A stretch of 63,117 bases of DNA, filler included, from Sphacelaria rigidula (lineage: Eukaryota), in the NCBI GenBank assembly GCA_964200075.2. It is 11 parts of 11 records of this genome, joined end to end, with 100 filler letters (N's around TTAATTAATTAA, not from the genome) between each part and the next. Parts side by side here need not be neighbours in the genome. Positions count along the whole stretch, not along the records: positions 34,483 to 40,129 come from CAXNAA020025586.1; positions 40,230 to 45,876 come from CAXNAA020025587.1; positions 45,977 to 51,623 come from CAXNAA020025588.1; 8 more parts are not named here. One strand, given 5' to 3'. Shown here in pieces: positions 36,784-48,900 of this stretch. Position 1 is the stretch's first letter. Each line of letters starts with the position of its first letter. A model generated the notes under the pieces. That model did not search any database, had not been told where the DNA came from, and saw nothing but the letters and a program-made list of their open reading frames with translations. The position numbers and the translations under genes are program-made.

Positions 36784-37384
36784 ACGGCGGCAGCACAGGG
36801 GGGGGCTTCTGAGGGACGTACCGGACGGATAATGACCAGTCACGCGGAGGCCAACAACAGCGACGACAGAATCTCCAGAGAGGGCGTCGACGCCGTGAAC
36901 CCATACTCCTGTAGCCGCCCCAGGGACGCCGTCATCAGCACCGAGCGGTCGAGCCCACACTACTCCGACGCGATGGCCGCGCCCGCAGCTACTGCTCCAA
37001 ACAGTGTTGACCCTGGCCAGCCGTTGGGGGGCGTGGCACCTCTAAACCAGGACGAGACGCGCATGACTGGCGACAGGGGTCTGCGGCTAGGATCAGGGAG
37101 CGGGGGTGAGGATGAGGATGAGAGAGAGGGGGTCGAGTCGGGAACGAGTATCGATCGCGTCTTCCGGCGGCGGGTGACAGAGATAGTGAGGCAGAAGCTG
37201 GAGCGGATAGCTCAATGTCAGATCTTGGTAGCGAGTGAGGAGGGCGGGAAGAAGATTACGAGGATTTCTCTTGACAGGGAAAATATATTGAAGTTGTTGC
37301 GCGGAACGCCCATCCAGGTAGAAGGAGCGAGGAGCCCGCTTGCCGTGGCGGACGCTGTGGACTGGCTTCCGAAGTTTGAGCTCG
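36784..37384 (+). CDS. Probable large internal exon of an unidentified host gene
   Basis: Polypyrimidine-preceded acceptor ccttcattAG (36782-36783), then a GC-rich open frame (...EDEDEREGVESGTSIDRVFRRRVTEIVRQKLERIAQCQILV...DWLPKFEL) and donor G|GTGAGC at 37384/37385. The ORF beyond the donor looks intronic. Confidence 0.55.
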
Positions 37385-39438
37385 GTGAGCTTGATTCCGC
37401 TTGGTTTGCCCCACTCCCCTTGTCGGTCTGTTGTTGGCTTGTTGTTGTCGCACACCATATAAGATATGGAAAATGCAGTATGCAATATGCAATATGGAGT
37501 TTTGCTTCCGGTTTTGCTCGATGTTTGATACCGGGCACCATCATAGGAGGGATGGTGATTCAAAAAGGGTGCACGTTTTTGGTTTTGATCACTGTACAAA
37601 ACACAGCTGGATCATTTTCCTCCGTCTCGAGTTCACGACTGGAAGTGGTTGGCATCGATGGTTTGTTCTTATCGGTGCACCGACCGCTGCCCCCTGCTGA
37701 ATGAGTCAGCCATGTCAGCAGTGGTCACGTACAGGTAGAGCAATGCCCGTTCCCAACAAAAGACGTGAAAGGGGCCATAATGGGCGAATTGCGCCCCAAG
37801 CAAGAGGCGACGCTGAAGTGGACTAGAGACGAACAAGAACTCTTTGCCGTGCTTCTCCCGTACCCTTACTGCTGTCTGGTGACTGTTGCGAGTGTTGCTT
37901 CAACAAAAAACGCCGTCGGTTACGTCCGCTTCCCCGTTGTTTGTGTCATCCACCACGGCAGGTGATAATCTCGACCAGAAACGGCGTTTCGATGGGGCAC
38001 CGGTACAGAGGTCGACACATGGTGAGTACATCTAGGGGAACTTTGTCGGCAGGCCACAGCACGTGCAAGCCTGCACTGATGACCATAGAGTAGACCTGTA
38101 AGAAGAATGGGAGGAGTAGCGTTGCGCTGGCCAAGCATTCGATACGCAGCCGAAATGCCACACAGTCTCTGCAGTACTAGCACATCTCTCGTGCTACGCA
38201 AGCCTTCATCAAAGGGTGGGCGTGGTTGGGCAGCTATCGCATTGTTGCTGCCGTCACACGTTTTCTGCTGTGCAGTACTGACCGTTTGTAGATCATACAC
38301 AACTCCATCGCTCGAGAGCAACGCCTCCTTCGCTAACAATGTGCGCAGCTCTGACTTTGTGTCCTTTTCTCTGTCGGTCAACAAGATCTCTTGTTCTCTT
38401 TCGACCATTTTTTGTTCCAATGAAAAGCCGTCTAAATCCCTTTGTTCAATTCATCAGCTTCTAAGCTCGTGCTCGGTAGTTGTCCTCCTTGAACTGCAAA
38501 TGGTCGAGTCGTCCCTCCCTCCACTTTATTGTTCGTCTGTGTCTGTATATGCCCCCATTTGTTTGGTGCTGACAAGTGGTGCCATCATCAAGGAGATGGG
38601 TACAGATTTGTCGGTTGTCTGTTGTCTCTTGTTGAACCTTTTTTGTGTGCGTGTTGATTCCAAAACGATAGCCAGCCAGCTAGCCCGTGGAATAGGCCCG
38701 TAGTAGTAGATGACTCTTCCCGAGATATGCGGACCACTGAAACAAGGTGGTCGAGGACTTTATGACCACTGCGCGGTTCAAGTAACCGAAAGTGATGCTG
38801 CTACTGCCGGGCCTCGGTGTTTTGACTAGTAACGTAGGCCTGTAGTCAGTAGGGGCAGGGGTTGTGGGCGGGAATACTGATACATGGGATCTATTTGAGT
38901 AGAATCTGTGGCTCGTCGTTCAAAACATGAGGGCGCATGTGAGGTATTTGTTTTTGGAGAGTCGATGTGTTGCGGGAGCGGCGATGCTATCCCAAATACC
39001 AAAATGTCAGTCATGTACCGGGGGAGAGGGAGACGCGTTGATCTCTCGAGACTACGGATTCGTCCTGACTCATCCTGAACAAGGGAAAGGGCTCGAAGTT
39101 TTCTAGAAAACAAGACAAAAAGAGCAAGTAGGCCTTCCCTGTGCATCAAGACATGAACACCGACTGACCCTCTGCATACCCGATGAGATCTGCGAAATCG
39201 TTCATCCGTTACGCCTGCGTGATTCAGGTACGCCGCAAAAGGCAGCGGACAACACCACTTCGGGACTTCCTCGTGTTGCCCCGCGAAAGACGATTGGTAC
39301 GCATGGCTTCGGGGGCGCGAAGTGGGTTGAAAAGTCGGGCGAGGATGGTAGGGGCACCGGGGAGCTCCAGTCCAAGGTGTACGCGGATTGGACTTTCCCG
39401 TGGGACGCCGAACAAGGAACCCCGGTGAGGACCTGTAC

Positions 39439-39462
39439 TGATTGATTGATTGATTGATTGAT
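39439..39462. repeat. (GATT)n microsatellite
   Basis: tgattgattgattgattgattgat. Confidence 0.9.
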
Positions 39463-40229
39463 GGTTTTGTTACCGCCCATTAGCCGATCCACTAAGACGT
39501 TATCCGTGGGCGAAAGTTGGACGTGCTGTGCAAAGGTTGAGTACACGAAAACACGAGCTGAAGGACACTGGAGAAAGGGGAAATGTGAAGAAGGAGATGG
39601 GGGGAGAACATGCAAAGTACACTGGATAGAAACATAGGAAATAGAAGGAGCAGGGGAATGGACAGGATGGACTGGAAGACAAATCGAGAAGAGTATGTGG
39701 AGGGAACAACCAGAGTAAACTTGGAAGCAAAGGGACGAAAAGGGAAGAAGAAAAGAGAGGAACGAGAAAAAAAGGCTAAGGTGATAACTAGTGTCGGTGC
39801 CAACAAAGACCAACAAAAACTGGAAATCCCTTGCTGCATCCCTTCTGAGAGGAAGAAAGGAAGGAAGAAAGGAAGGAAGTACTGTGCGCTGGATTGTTTC
39901 GTCGTTTCCGTTTGTACAGGCTTCGTCAAGTCGCGTTTTGCGGTACGTCTTGCTATCTAATCTCCTTTACCACAGGGGAAGGTTTTGCAACACCCGGTGA
40001 TCTCGGAAAGCCGTCCCCACTTGTAGTCCTTGCTTTATCCCGAAGATGGTAAGACACCCATGAGGCAGTGTATAAGTCGCGGCTGTCTCTGGAAGTGGCC
40101 ATACCAGGAAAAAAAGCAACTCATCGGAGNNNNNNNNNNNNNNNNNNNNNNNNNNNNNNNNNNNNNNNNNNNNTTAATTAATTAANNNNNNNNNNNNNNN
40201 NNNNNNNNNNNNNNNNNNNNNNNNNNNNN

Positions 40230-40295
40230 GGAAAGCACTGTTTTAGGCTTGAGCCTCATCTCGACGTTGAACCTCAATTCGCACAATTTGTTGTT
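40230..40295. mobile_element. Terminus of a family-B-related element (contig starts inside it)
   Basis: ggaaagcactgttttaggcttgagcctcat...aacctcaattcgcacaatttgttg. Confidence 0.75.
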
Positions 40296-41172
40296 TCTTG
40301 TCTTTCCACAGCCCACCTGGATCTTGTGCCTCGTGAAAATGACCACGTCATAGCATGTATACTCCTTCCCGGTTTTTTCCGGTCCACCCTGTGTTAGTTA
40401 TAATTACTACGCTTCAGTATGGAATTGGGACCCAAAAAACACTCCGAAAAAACTCAAGAACGGTATGCTGAGTTCAAGTAATACCATAAAACCCAAGCTG
40501 CGACCACCCTGCACTTGGAAACCTGGGAAGGTTTATCTGGGCCAGGGATAGGGCCCCCACACGATTTTTGCAGTGACTCGACAACAATCCCCGCGCTGAT
40601 CGTTCGGCTCTAGTCGATAAATTTCGCCTCGCCGTGATTGGGCAGGTCGCTCGAAGACTTACTTTCAGTTATTTCACGTGACCCTGTGTTAGTGGGGGGC
40701 CCGGTCCCAAAAGGGCTAACCTGCCGAGGCCTCTGGGACATCTGTTACTTAGCCGATTCATGCTGTTCGAATGTTCTCCAAATTGTCGATAACTAAGAGG
40801 CGCTTCCCATACGAATGGCGTCTACCAGCGACCACCAGTACTGACCTCGGGCACAAATGAACCAAATGCCTGAGCAATTCTTGCATATTGCCTCATAGGA
40901 TTTCCGTCTGGCCTCAAAGAATTACACCACGAATGTATTTCGCTGTGCACGGTGGGTACTCGTCCATGATCCATACGCGGTGAGCTAGGGGCAGCGGAGA
41001 TGTGAAAGCTCCTCGCCTCGCCGTGCTGTCTCACTCTGACGTGGTCGCTCTACTCCGGACTGCTCCCTCTTTGGCAAGGGGGCGAATGAGCGATTGATTG
41101 TGGGACATCACCTCTGCTAATCGTGCGATTTCACTCATTGTAAATGTAAGATCCAGGATACTATCACGAGAC

Positions 41173-41570
41173 TATCGGAGGAAAATGTGGCGGATTAACC
41201 GATGGGAAACGGTACTGTAGAACGGCGGTTCGGATCGGTTCTCGGAATGTACTTGAAAGTGTTCATTGTTCTCACTTTTGTTCTTGAATGATCCGGAAAC
41301 GACGGGGAGTTATATTGTGATATACAGAACGTTTCTGCGGGATGAAACAGGAGATATTTGCCGTAGGTCGAGAAGGATTCTCGACGGAGATGCGGAGGCA
41401 CATCTCTCCCCCCCACCGTGTTCAGTGTTGTTTGTGTGTGTGCTTTCCTACCCATGAGCGGTCTGATTCGAATGAGACAATAAAAGACAACTATACGCTT
41501 CTGCCTCTGTGACTTCATTTTCGACAGCGGACGCTGTGCGAGATTGCCTTCTACGTTTTTGGGTGAGCAG
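41173..41570 (+). repeat. Candidate 5' LTR of the Copia element
   Basis: tatcggaggaaaatg (41173) is loosely inverted to cattttcgaca (ends 41526). AATAAA at ~41479. It lies just upstream of the gag ATG. No second LTR is available for confirmation. Confidence 0.3.
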
Positions 41571-43871
41571 TGGGTGCTCAGGCCATACAACTCTAGACTC
41601 AACCAAACACGCTAGCGTGTTCCTTGGAACAAAGAGTAGGGTAAGTACGTTAGATATTAAGGCTGTATCATGAGCGGTACAGGAGAAGAGCGGAGTGTGG
41701 TGGAGGAGCTGGAGGCTCCACCTCAGGCGTTGGTGGTAACGCCAGAGAACTTCCACAGCTTTCAAGAATGGAAAGCATCTCGAGCTAGGGGGGTTTCTAC
41801 AACTGGGGGCACAGAAGTGCCTCAGCTAGAAGCCGGTCTGGGATTGGGTTGACTAGGGGCGGGGGCGGGAGCACCACCCAGAGGCACAACAGGTACCCAT
41901 GCCCCTGGCACATCGTTAGGAATGATGTATGGTCTTGGTTTTCCCAGTACAGGGGGTATGCGATATGTCGATAGCAGTTTGCAAAGCCGAGGAAGTACAC
42001 AATCAACGTCGTTATTAATGAGTGTGGATTCACGGACATTGGAAGCAAAAGATATCGCTAAGTTTACTAGTAACAAAAGTCATAGATGGACGATTTTTAA
42101 GCGTGATGTAGAGCGATATGCTTTCATTTGGGGTTTCAGAGATGGATTGTTTCGCGACCCACCGCTTTGTATTGATCCTCTAAATGAACCGCAGCTATTG
42201 GGGTTGGGTGTCAGTCAGGACGACATCAAGCGAGCTCGTTTTGCGTATTTTTGCTTCTGAACACCGTCAACGATCCGGTCGCGAGACATACCCTTGTGGA
42301 TTCGCGATCACCGTCCATAGCATGGCGTGCATTGGACGAACAGTTCTCTCCCAAAACCTCGGGAGCTAAAATCAATTTCTTAGACGAGTTCAATAATTTG
42401 AAGTACACAAAAGGGCAGGATACAAATGAGGTTTGGATCCAACTACAGTCAGTGCACTCGCGCTCTGTAACGTTGGGGTTGGAGATTCTCCGTGATGAGA
42501 TGACGGTGGATAATTTCCTAAGTTCCCTCCCTGCTGAGTACACCACAATTCGAGAACAGTTGCGTTTCGAACCATCACTGTTGACTGACAAGACCCGAGA
42601 CGTTGTGAAGGATGAATTTGTGTATCTGAAGAAAACGGGTACTTCGCGTGGTAGTGATCACGATCGTGCCTTGTATGCAGGCAATAAGGGTTCCGGCTAC
42701 AGGAGTGAGAAAAATGGAGGCGGGAAGTCGCAGAAATCAGCGGCTGGATCAAGTGATAGAAATACACAGTCGGATGTAAAAGCAGGGGGCAACGGTATTT
42801 CCTCGAATAAGAAGAAAGCCGTAGATAAGAGAAACCTCACCCGTTACGCGTGTGGAAAAACTGGCCATTTGAAGTCTGAGTGCCCAGAACGTGTCTGCGA
42901 GGTGTGCGGAGGAAAAGGACATTCGAAAGAATTCCACAAAATGGTCGCAATGTGCACATCTGACTCTTTTAAGGACTCAGTAGACTTTGGTATCATAGCA
43001 GTCGGGACTGACGAATACCCATCTGCAGCAGGTGGTACACGGCGGGATTGCCCAGTTCTTGACGCCGGGGGGCAAGAGGTCTGGATTGCAGACAGTGCTG
43101 CAACATGTCATATGACCCCTTCGCGTGACTGCATGCATGTCTATGAGCCTTGCTCTGATCGTTCGGTGACGGTGGCTAACAGGCAAAAGGCGCCGATTAT
43201 AGGCTTTGGAAAAATCTTGTTGTCGACAGGTAGTGGCGGAGACAAGTTAACAGTCAGTATCAAGCGAGTGGCACATATGCCTGATTTGGACGTGAACCTT
43301 TCCTCCCTGCAGAGTGTAGTGGTTGACCATGGTTTGCCGATTAGACTAACGAGAGAGGGCACTGAAATCACGCTGCCTTGTGGGAAGAGACTGCGTTTTG
43401 AAAAGGACGGCAGGAATGATGTCGTGACCACAACCAGCCGTAGCCTGTCATACAATTGTTCGTCGAAAACCCATCAGTCTGACCCCGGTGAATCCGCGCG
43501 AGCTGTCCTTGCCCCGGGCAAGATGCGTGTTGAACGTAATCAGGTGGACATGAATTTGTTTCACCAGTCACACGGGCACCTGCACGAAGGTTTGTTATGA
43601 GAAACGGCGAAACAGCTGGGGATGACACTGGTGGGCAAGTTGCACGAATGCAAAGGCTGCTCAATGGCGAAGAGGTTGCGGAAACCCATCCCCACGTCCA
43701 CCACCACGCGTGCAGTTAAGCCTTTAGAGCGTGCGTTCATGGATGCGTCTGACCCGAAATTTGTCGGGAGTGCTGGTGGTATGAAGTATTCCTTTCGATT
43801 CTGGGATGATTCACCCGGAACATATGGATGTATTTCGGGAAACATAAGTCTGACACCGCGAGGGCGTTCAA

Positions 43872-43969
43872 CCCTTAGACCGCGAGATAAGTCTTTCTGG
43901 ATCATGCATACTTATTTTCACTTGAAATTGATGCCGATTCAACGGAAGACTAACCTCACGGTCTAAGGG
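43872..43969. mobile_element. 98-bp piggyBac-like MITE nested in the Copia integrase
   Basis: TIRs CCCTTAGACCGCGAG / CTCACGGTCTAAGGG, flanked by TCAA on the left and TTAA on the right. Excision restores DTARAFKQYLADVG. Confidence 0.85.
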
Positions 43970-44275
43970 TTAAGCAATACCTGGCCGATGTAGGAGCACA
44001 CTGCATTCCGTCAGTCGTAGAGACCGCAAGATCTGACGATGGTGGAGGACTTTCAGGTTTTTTTAGTGATCTGTGTCGTGAGCGTGGCATAGGGCAAGAG
44101 TACACCCCATCAGATAGTCCCGAGTACAAAATCAGCCATCAGAGCGATGGTTGAGAAAGCCGCTATGGCAGCGAGGATTCATGCAAAGGTACTGTATGGC
44201 GTGGATGTTTCGGCAAGGATGTGGGCTGAGTCGTATCGTTGGGCAGCAGATGCGTTGAACCGTTCTGCCACCACC

Positions 44276-44674
44276 AACAGACAATTCTATAAAATGAGGT
44301 TCATCAATTAGATGAGGTTCGAGCCCAAAACAGTACTTTCTCCACACTTTGAGCGATGGTGCCCGATGACTTTCTTGTCGGCCTAACGCCCCTGGATTGC
44401 GTAGATACTTCTTCAGCGCATTATATCGACTCTGTGAGCTTACAGCGCTGTCCGAAACCGCAATTTCTACATATTTTTTAGGGGGGGGGTGATACCAGGG
44501 AAAACAGCGGTTTTGGTCAACGCTGTGAGCTCACAGAGTCGGTAAAATGCGCTGAAAAGGTATAAAGGCGATCGAGGGGCATTAGGCCGACAAGAGAGTC
44601 TTCGGGCACCATCGCTCAAAGTGTGGAGAAAGCACTGTTTTGGGCTCGAACCTCATTTTATAGAATTGTCTGTT
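44276..44674. mobile_element. Foldback family B element (399 bp) nested in the Copia integrase
   Basis: AACAGACAATTCTATAAAATGAGGTTC / GAACCTCATTTTATAGAATTGTCTGTT termini with long imperfect arms. Flanks CACC and CACT. Excision restores LNRSATTANP. Confidence 0.9.
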
Positions 44675-45816
44675 CACTGCTAACCCTGGAAAGAAGTCCC
44701 CAGATGAGGTGTTTTATGGTGAAGTGCCCGAAGCCACACTTCTCCCCTTCTTCAAGTCAGGATACTGTAGGTATAAGGGGACGTCGAAGTGTATGCCGAA
44801 AGCACAGGAGTGGTTTTACTTAGGGCCTGGCTACAACTACTCCCGTGATACCATGAGAATGCAGACGAAAGGCAGATATGTTATCACTACTCGCGATGTT
44901 ACTTGGCAGCACTCACCCTCCCTAAAACCGCAGCAAGCGGTTACGTTATCTATGTCTGGAGAGGAAAACTCACAAGATGTGGAGAGCGGGGAGGGCGATG
45001 TCGAGAGCTCTGATTCTGATTCTGACGAGTCGGATCTCGGCACTGGTGGGGGGATTCCGAGTGGTGCTTTGTCAGAGGAACCTAAACGTGTGGCAGATGC
45101 GGTGGTGGAACCTGATGGGATGGTGGAACGTGAGGAGGAACAAGGCGGCAACAATGGCGAAGCGTCTGACCAGCAGCCGTCTGCTTCGTCTTCATCCTCT
45201 GGTGATGATCGTTCGGAGACATCGTCTGTCGGCGGCGGCGGCGGGGATGCCGCAAATCAACCTGGCTCGGTTGAGCCGATACTTGGCCGAACAAGGCAAC
45301 AGATACGTGCCTTGCTGCAGCAGCGTCAGGAGCAGCGACTTCAACAGCAAGTTCCTGACCTCTGGGAGCATGAGGGTGATCATAATGCGTTGTGGACAGC
45401 CACAGGAGATTTTTGAGCTACGGAACAGATCCTAGCTCAGCTGGCAAGCACGGAGGACCCAAGACACTCAGGTGGATCAGGGAGAGGATTTCGAGGGGAG
45501 GTACCGTGAGGCGGTTGGATCTTTGATGTGGCTTCCCATCAACACCCGCCCGGACATCGCTGACGCCTTGAGAGCTGCATTCCGCCACAACGAAAACCCG
45601 ACGCCTGGGGACTGGCGCAAAGTGTTGCGGATTTTCGAATACCTCAAGACAACAGTAGAGTTGAGAATCACGTATGCTGGGGATTCAAGTGACGAGTTGG
45701 TGGCGTATGCGGATGCAGACTATGCGAAATTCGAGGATCGGCGTTCAGTGTCGGGAGGGGCGATATTCTGCGGGGCTGTTATAGGAGCTTTCTCTCGCAC
45801 TCACAAGAATGCAATT

Positions 45817-45876
45817 AACAGCCGATTCTCGAAAATGGGGTTGAAAAAACAAATGAGGTTTGTGACGCTAGACAGC
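45817..45876. mobile_element. Family-B-related terminus inserted in the Copia RNase H (contig ends inside it)
   Basis: aacagccgattctcgaaaatggggttg...aaatgaggtttg aligns with aacagacaattctataaaatgaggttc. RNase H similarity stops here. Confidence 0.6.
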
Positions 45877-45990
45877 NNNNNNNNNNNNNNNNNNNNNNNN
45901 NNNNNNNNNNNNNNNNNNNNTTAATTAATTAANNNNNNNNNNNNNNNNNNNNNNNNNNNNNNNNNNNNNNNNNNNNTGGACACTTCCAGC

Positions 45991-48900
45991 ATGAAGAGCT
46001 CGCTTCACGGGCGGTGTGCGGAGGTAAAAAAAAACCAGCAAGCACGAAACCCGTCACAGCACACATCGCAAGTGATTGCTACTGAAATAAGGTCGCGTCC
46101 CGGTAGTACACGGCGAACTCGTGCAGGGTTCTCTAAATGCCGGCCCGACCCCGCGCGCACGGATGTTAAATCACACTTGTATACAGTACAGTTTAGTATT
46201 GATGGTCTGCGGTCGCATGATGATCGGTTGCTGCGCACGTCCCACCGGGATACCGACAAGTTGTATTTGGGCCCTGTACGAATTCATGATGCGCCCTCCG
46301 TTACAGATGTCACTGACCCTGCTCTGCTGGGGAAACCTCGCGTGGAGGGTTTCGCGGCTCTTCTGCGCTTGGCCGACGAGCCGGAGGAATACGAGAATGG
46401 TTGTGTGCGTGCGTTCGAGGAAAGAAAATGCAATGAGCGTGTATTTGGCCCGCACAAATGCTCGCCATTTTACGAATCATGGGGTAGTACGGAAGAAAGA
46501 ATTGCAAAACGGAAAGCGTTTGGTCCCCATTGTTTGAGCTGTGATAGTAGCGGGCATACTTTGGCTCGTGATGGTCCGGAGCCGATTTTTCATAAGTCGG
46601 GGCTAGTTCACCATACCATCGGGTTTGGTTCGGAGAATGAGGTAGCTGAACGGTGGTGCAGGTGGCAGCAACGATTGCGTGCGTATATTCAGGAGCGCAG
46701 CCAGCGGAGCTGACGGTGCGACGGTATGACTATGGCTGGCTTATCGTTGGCAAATAAGCCTGTTGGTGAGAGTCCTGTTGGGCGGGTTTCGAACGCTGTG
46801 CCACCTTATAGAGTTGTGTCATATGGCTTCGAAAATCATGGACCCGTATGTAGTAATAAATGTTTGACGTTGAAAGGTGCCAGTAGTCCAGGCACTTGTG
46901 CAACGAGTTCTGTTTCGCACACGACAGATTCCGGTTTAGAGGTGAGGTGCGATTCATCTAGTGTATGTGATGTAAGTACTCAACAATTCTTGATGTCACC
47001 AATCACTCGTGGAACTGATCACTCCCCATAGAGTTTCAAAAAGTCGGAGTGTAGTTCGCTGCTTTTAGCAGAGCCCCCAAGATCAGACGTTTGGAATGGT
47101 GTTATAGTGTCCTCTGGTCACCGGAACGAGGATAAAATGAAGGATAGCTCCCCGATTTTTTCTTCAGTTTTAAGTAACGACCCTAGTTGTGGGAAATTGA
47201 AGGGACCGACAAGTGGTCAGTATACACGTAATACCATGACCACTGTCCCGAGGGCGCAGGATAGGGCCCGGTGGGAAGTGGGCTTCACACTCTGAAAAGG
47301 ATCCCAATGCAAGAGCTATTCAGGATCGTAGGATAACGATGTCACATTGTGAATCAACAAATAATGATTCTGTAATGCGTGAGAGGACCGCGTGCTTAGA
47401 GGACCGCATCGGGTTAGGTTTAGAGTTAGTGTTGGGGTTAGGGTCAGGCGTGGTACCTGCAAGGACTGGCCCGATTGGTTTTGAAAAACATCGATCCTGC
47501 GGTGTTTTGAACTACGGCGCGGTCCTCTAAGCACGCGGTCCTCTCACGCATTACAATTCGACCATTGGACCGGAGATTCAATGAAATGGCTGTTATCACC
47601 CACGCGTTTGTGTGGCCAGAGTCCCAAACAGACCGGTTTGTGCGGCCGGAGTCCCGCGCAAACGAACTGGAACTTGTCGAGTATTTTTTAGAAGTATCTC
47701 ACAATACAGGCGACAGAGCGTTACGGCAAGTAAGAGAACTGGACAGCGAGGATTGTACGTACGGAAAAAACTTTGGGGTAACTGTTACTGCACCTAGCAC
47801 CACCCCCGATCAGTCAAGTACTCCGCGAAAGGGCCTACATGAAAATGTCGTCCCCGTCCCTCCGACACCCTGTAGAACGCTCAATGAACTGCGGCACGGT
47901 CAGGGCGAATATCACATATATGTTGTGAACCTTAAATCTGGCCACCGCACAAGAAGACACTAGTCTACACCCGTACTCTCGCCTGCGTCGGTATCCTGTT
48001 CGATCGCGAGAGGTAAAGAAGGGGTGTGCTTGCCCACAATAGACAAAGCAGGGGCTGGTGAAGTGCGTTTGCATCGTGGGAATTATACAGCCGCAGCATT
48101 CGTGTGTGCAGGTTTCAAAGCCACACAAGAACGTACCTGCAACGGACATTGACAGTGGTAGTCTGGCCACGTTTGTAACGCATGCCATGTGGAAGAACTT
48201 GCTTTCAAGCGGGGCAACCAGGGTAGATAGTATAAGAGGAGTAGATCCTATTTTGTGTGGGGGGGGTGTTAATGGGGTACCACTGACCACATTCTCGCAG
48301 TTTAGGCTGAATATTGTATTTCAAGACATTTCCAAGATAAATGACTGTGTCCAGCGCAACGATTCACCCCGCTTTGCTGTATTTGCAAAAGTCGTGCCTG
48401 ACGGGAAATTGACATATTATATCTTGATGGAAAGAGAAGGCTTATCCCAATTTCCCCTACGGAAATTAACTGATGTCAACCGAGACGAAACGGTTATGAC
48501 TCTGAATCTTGCGCCGAAAATCAATCAGTGTGCAGATTTCGTATATAACGCGATCGGGCTCATTAAACGAGAACCCGCTGCAGGTGAAGGAGTTATCGTA
48601 CGTTTTTTTGGCGCACAGGCGCGAATAATAATGAAAAAAAACTGGGTTTCCGTCAAATTCACCAACAAAGATGGGACAAAAGAAAAGTGGAATTATTACA
48701 TGGGGTTCGGAAACGGTTGGTCTCCAACTGAGATGATTGTTGACGCAGGTGATTCGGAGATCCCCTTGAAAAGTCTTTGCTCAGAGGACGTGGTGGTGAA
48801 GCCGGATATGCTACTGGGGCCAGCCGGCGCTCCTCTTTAAAGAAAAACAAAAGTTGGAGAAAGCTGATATCTCGGAAGTATTGGACGGTAGAGGATATCG

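Larger units (their letters stand above)
41670..45816 (+). mobile_element. Decayed Ty1/Copia LTR retrotransposon gag-pol (gag, Zn knuckles, protease, integrase, RT C-terminus, RNase H start)
   Basis: Zn knuckles YACGKTGHLKSEC and CEVCGGKGH. Protease WIADSAATCHMT. Pre-integrase LFHQSHGHL...CKGC. Integrase RSDDGG...GIGQEYTPSDSPEY. RT end YREAVGSLMWL..TRPDIA. RNase H LVAYADADYA..EDRRSVSG. The order PR-IN-RT-RH is Copia-type. Stops and frameshifts throughout. Confidence 0.95.

Noticed and set aside
37920..38700. 166-aa minus and 198-aa plus overlapping ORFs
   Set aside because: No domain signature or convincing splice boundaries, and the upstream frame is interrupted by stops.
39202..39929. Hydrophobic 204-aa and 145-aa minus-strand ORFs as membrane proteins
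   Set aside because: They are antisense readings of a purine-rich low-complexity tract giving F/S/L/P bias, with no splice or domain support.
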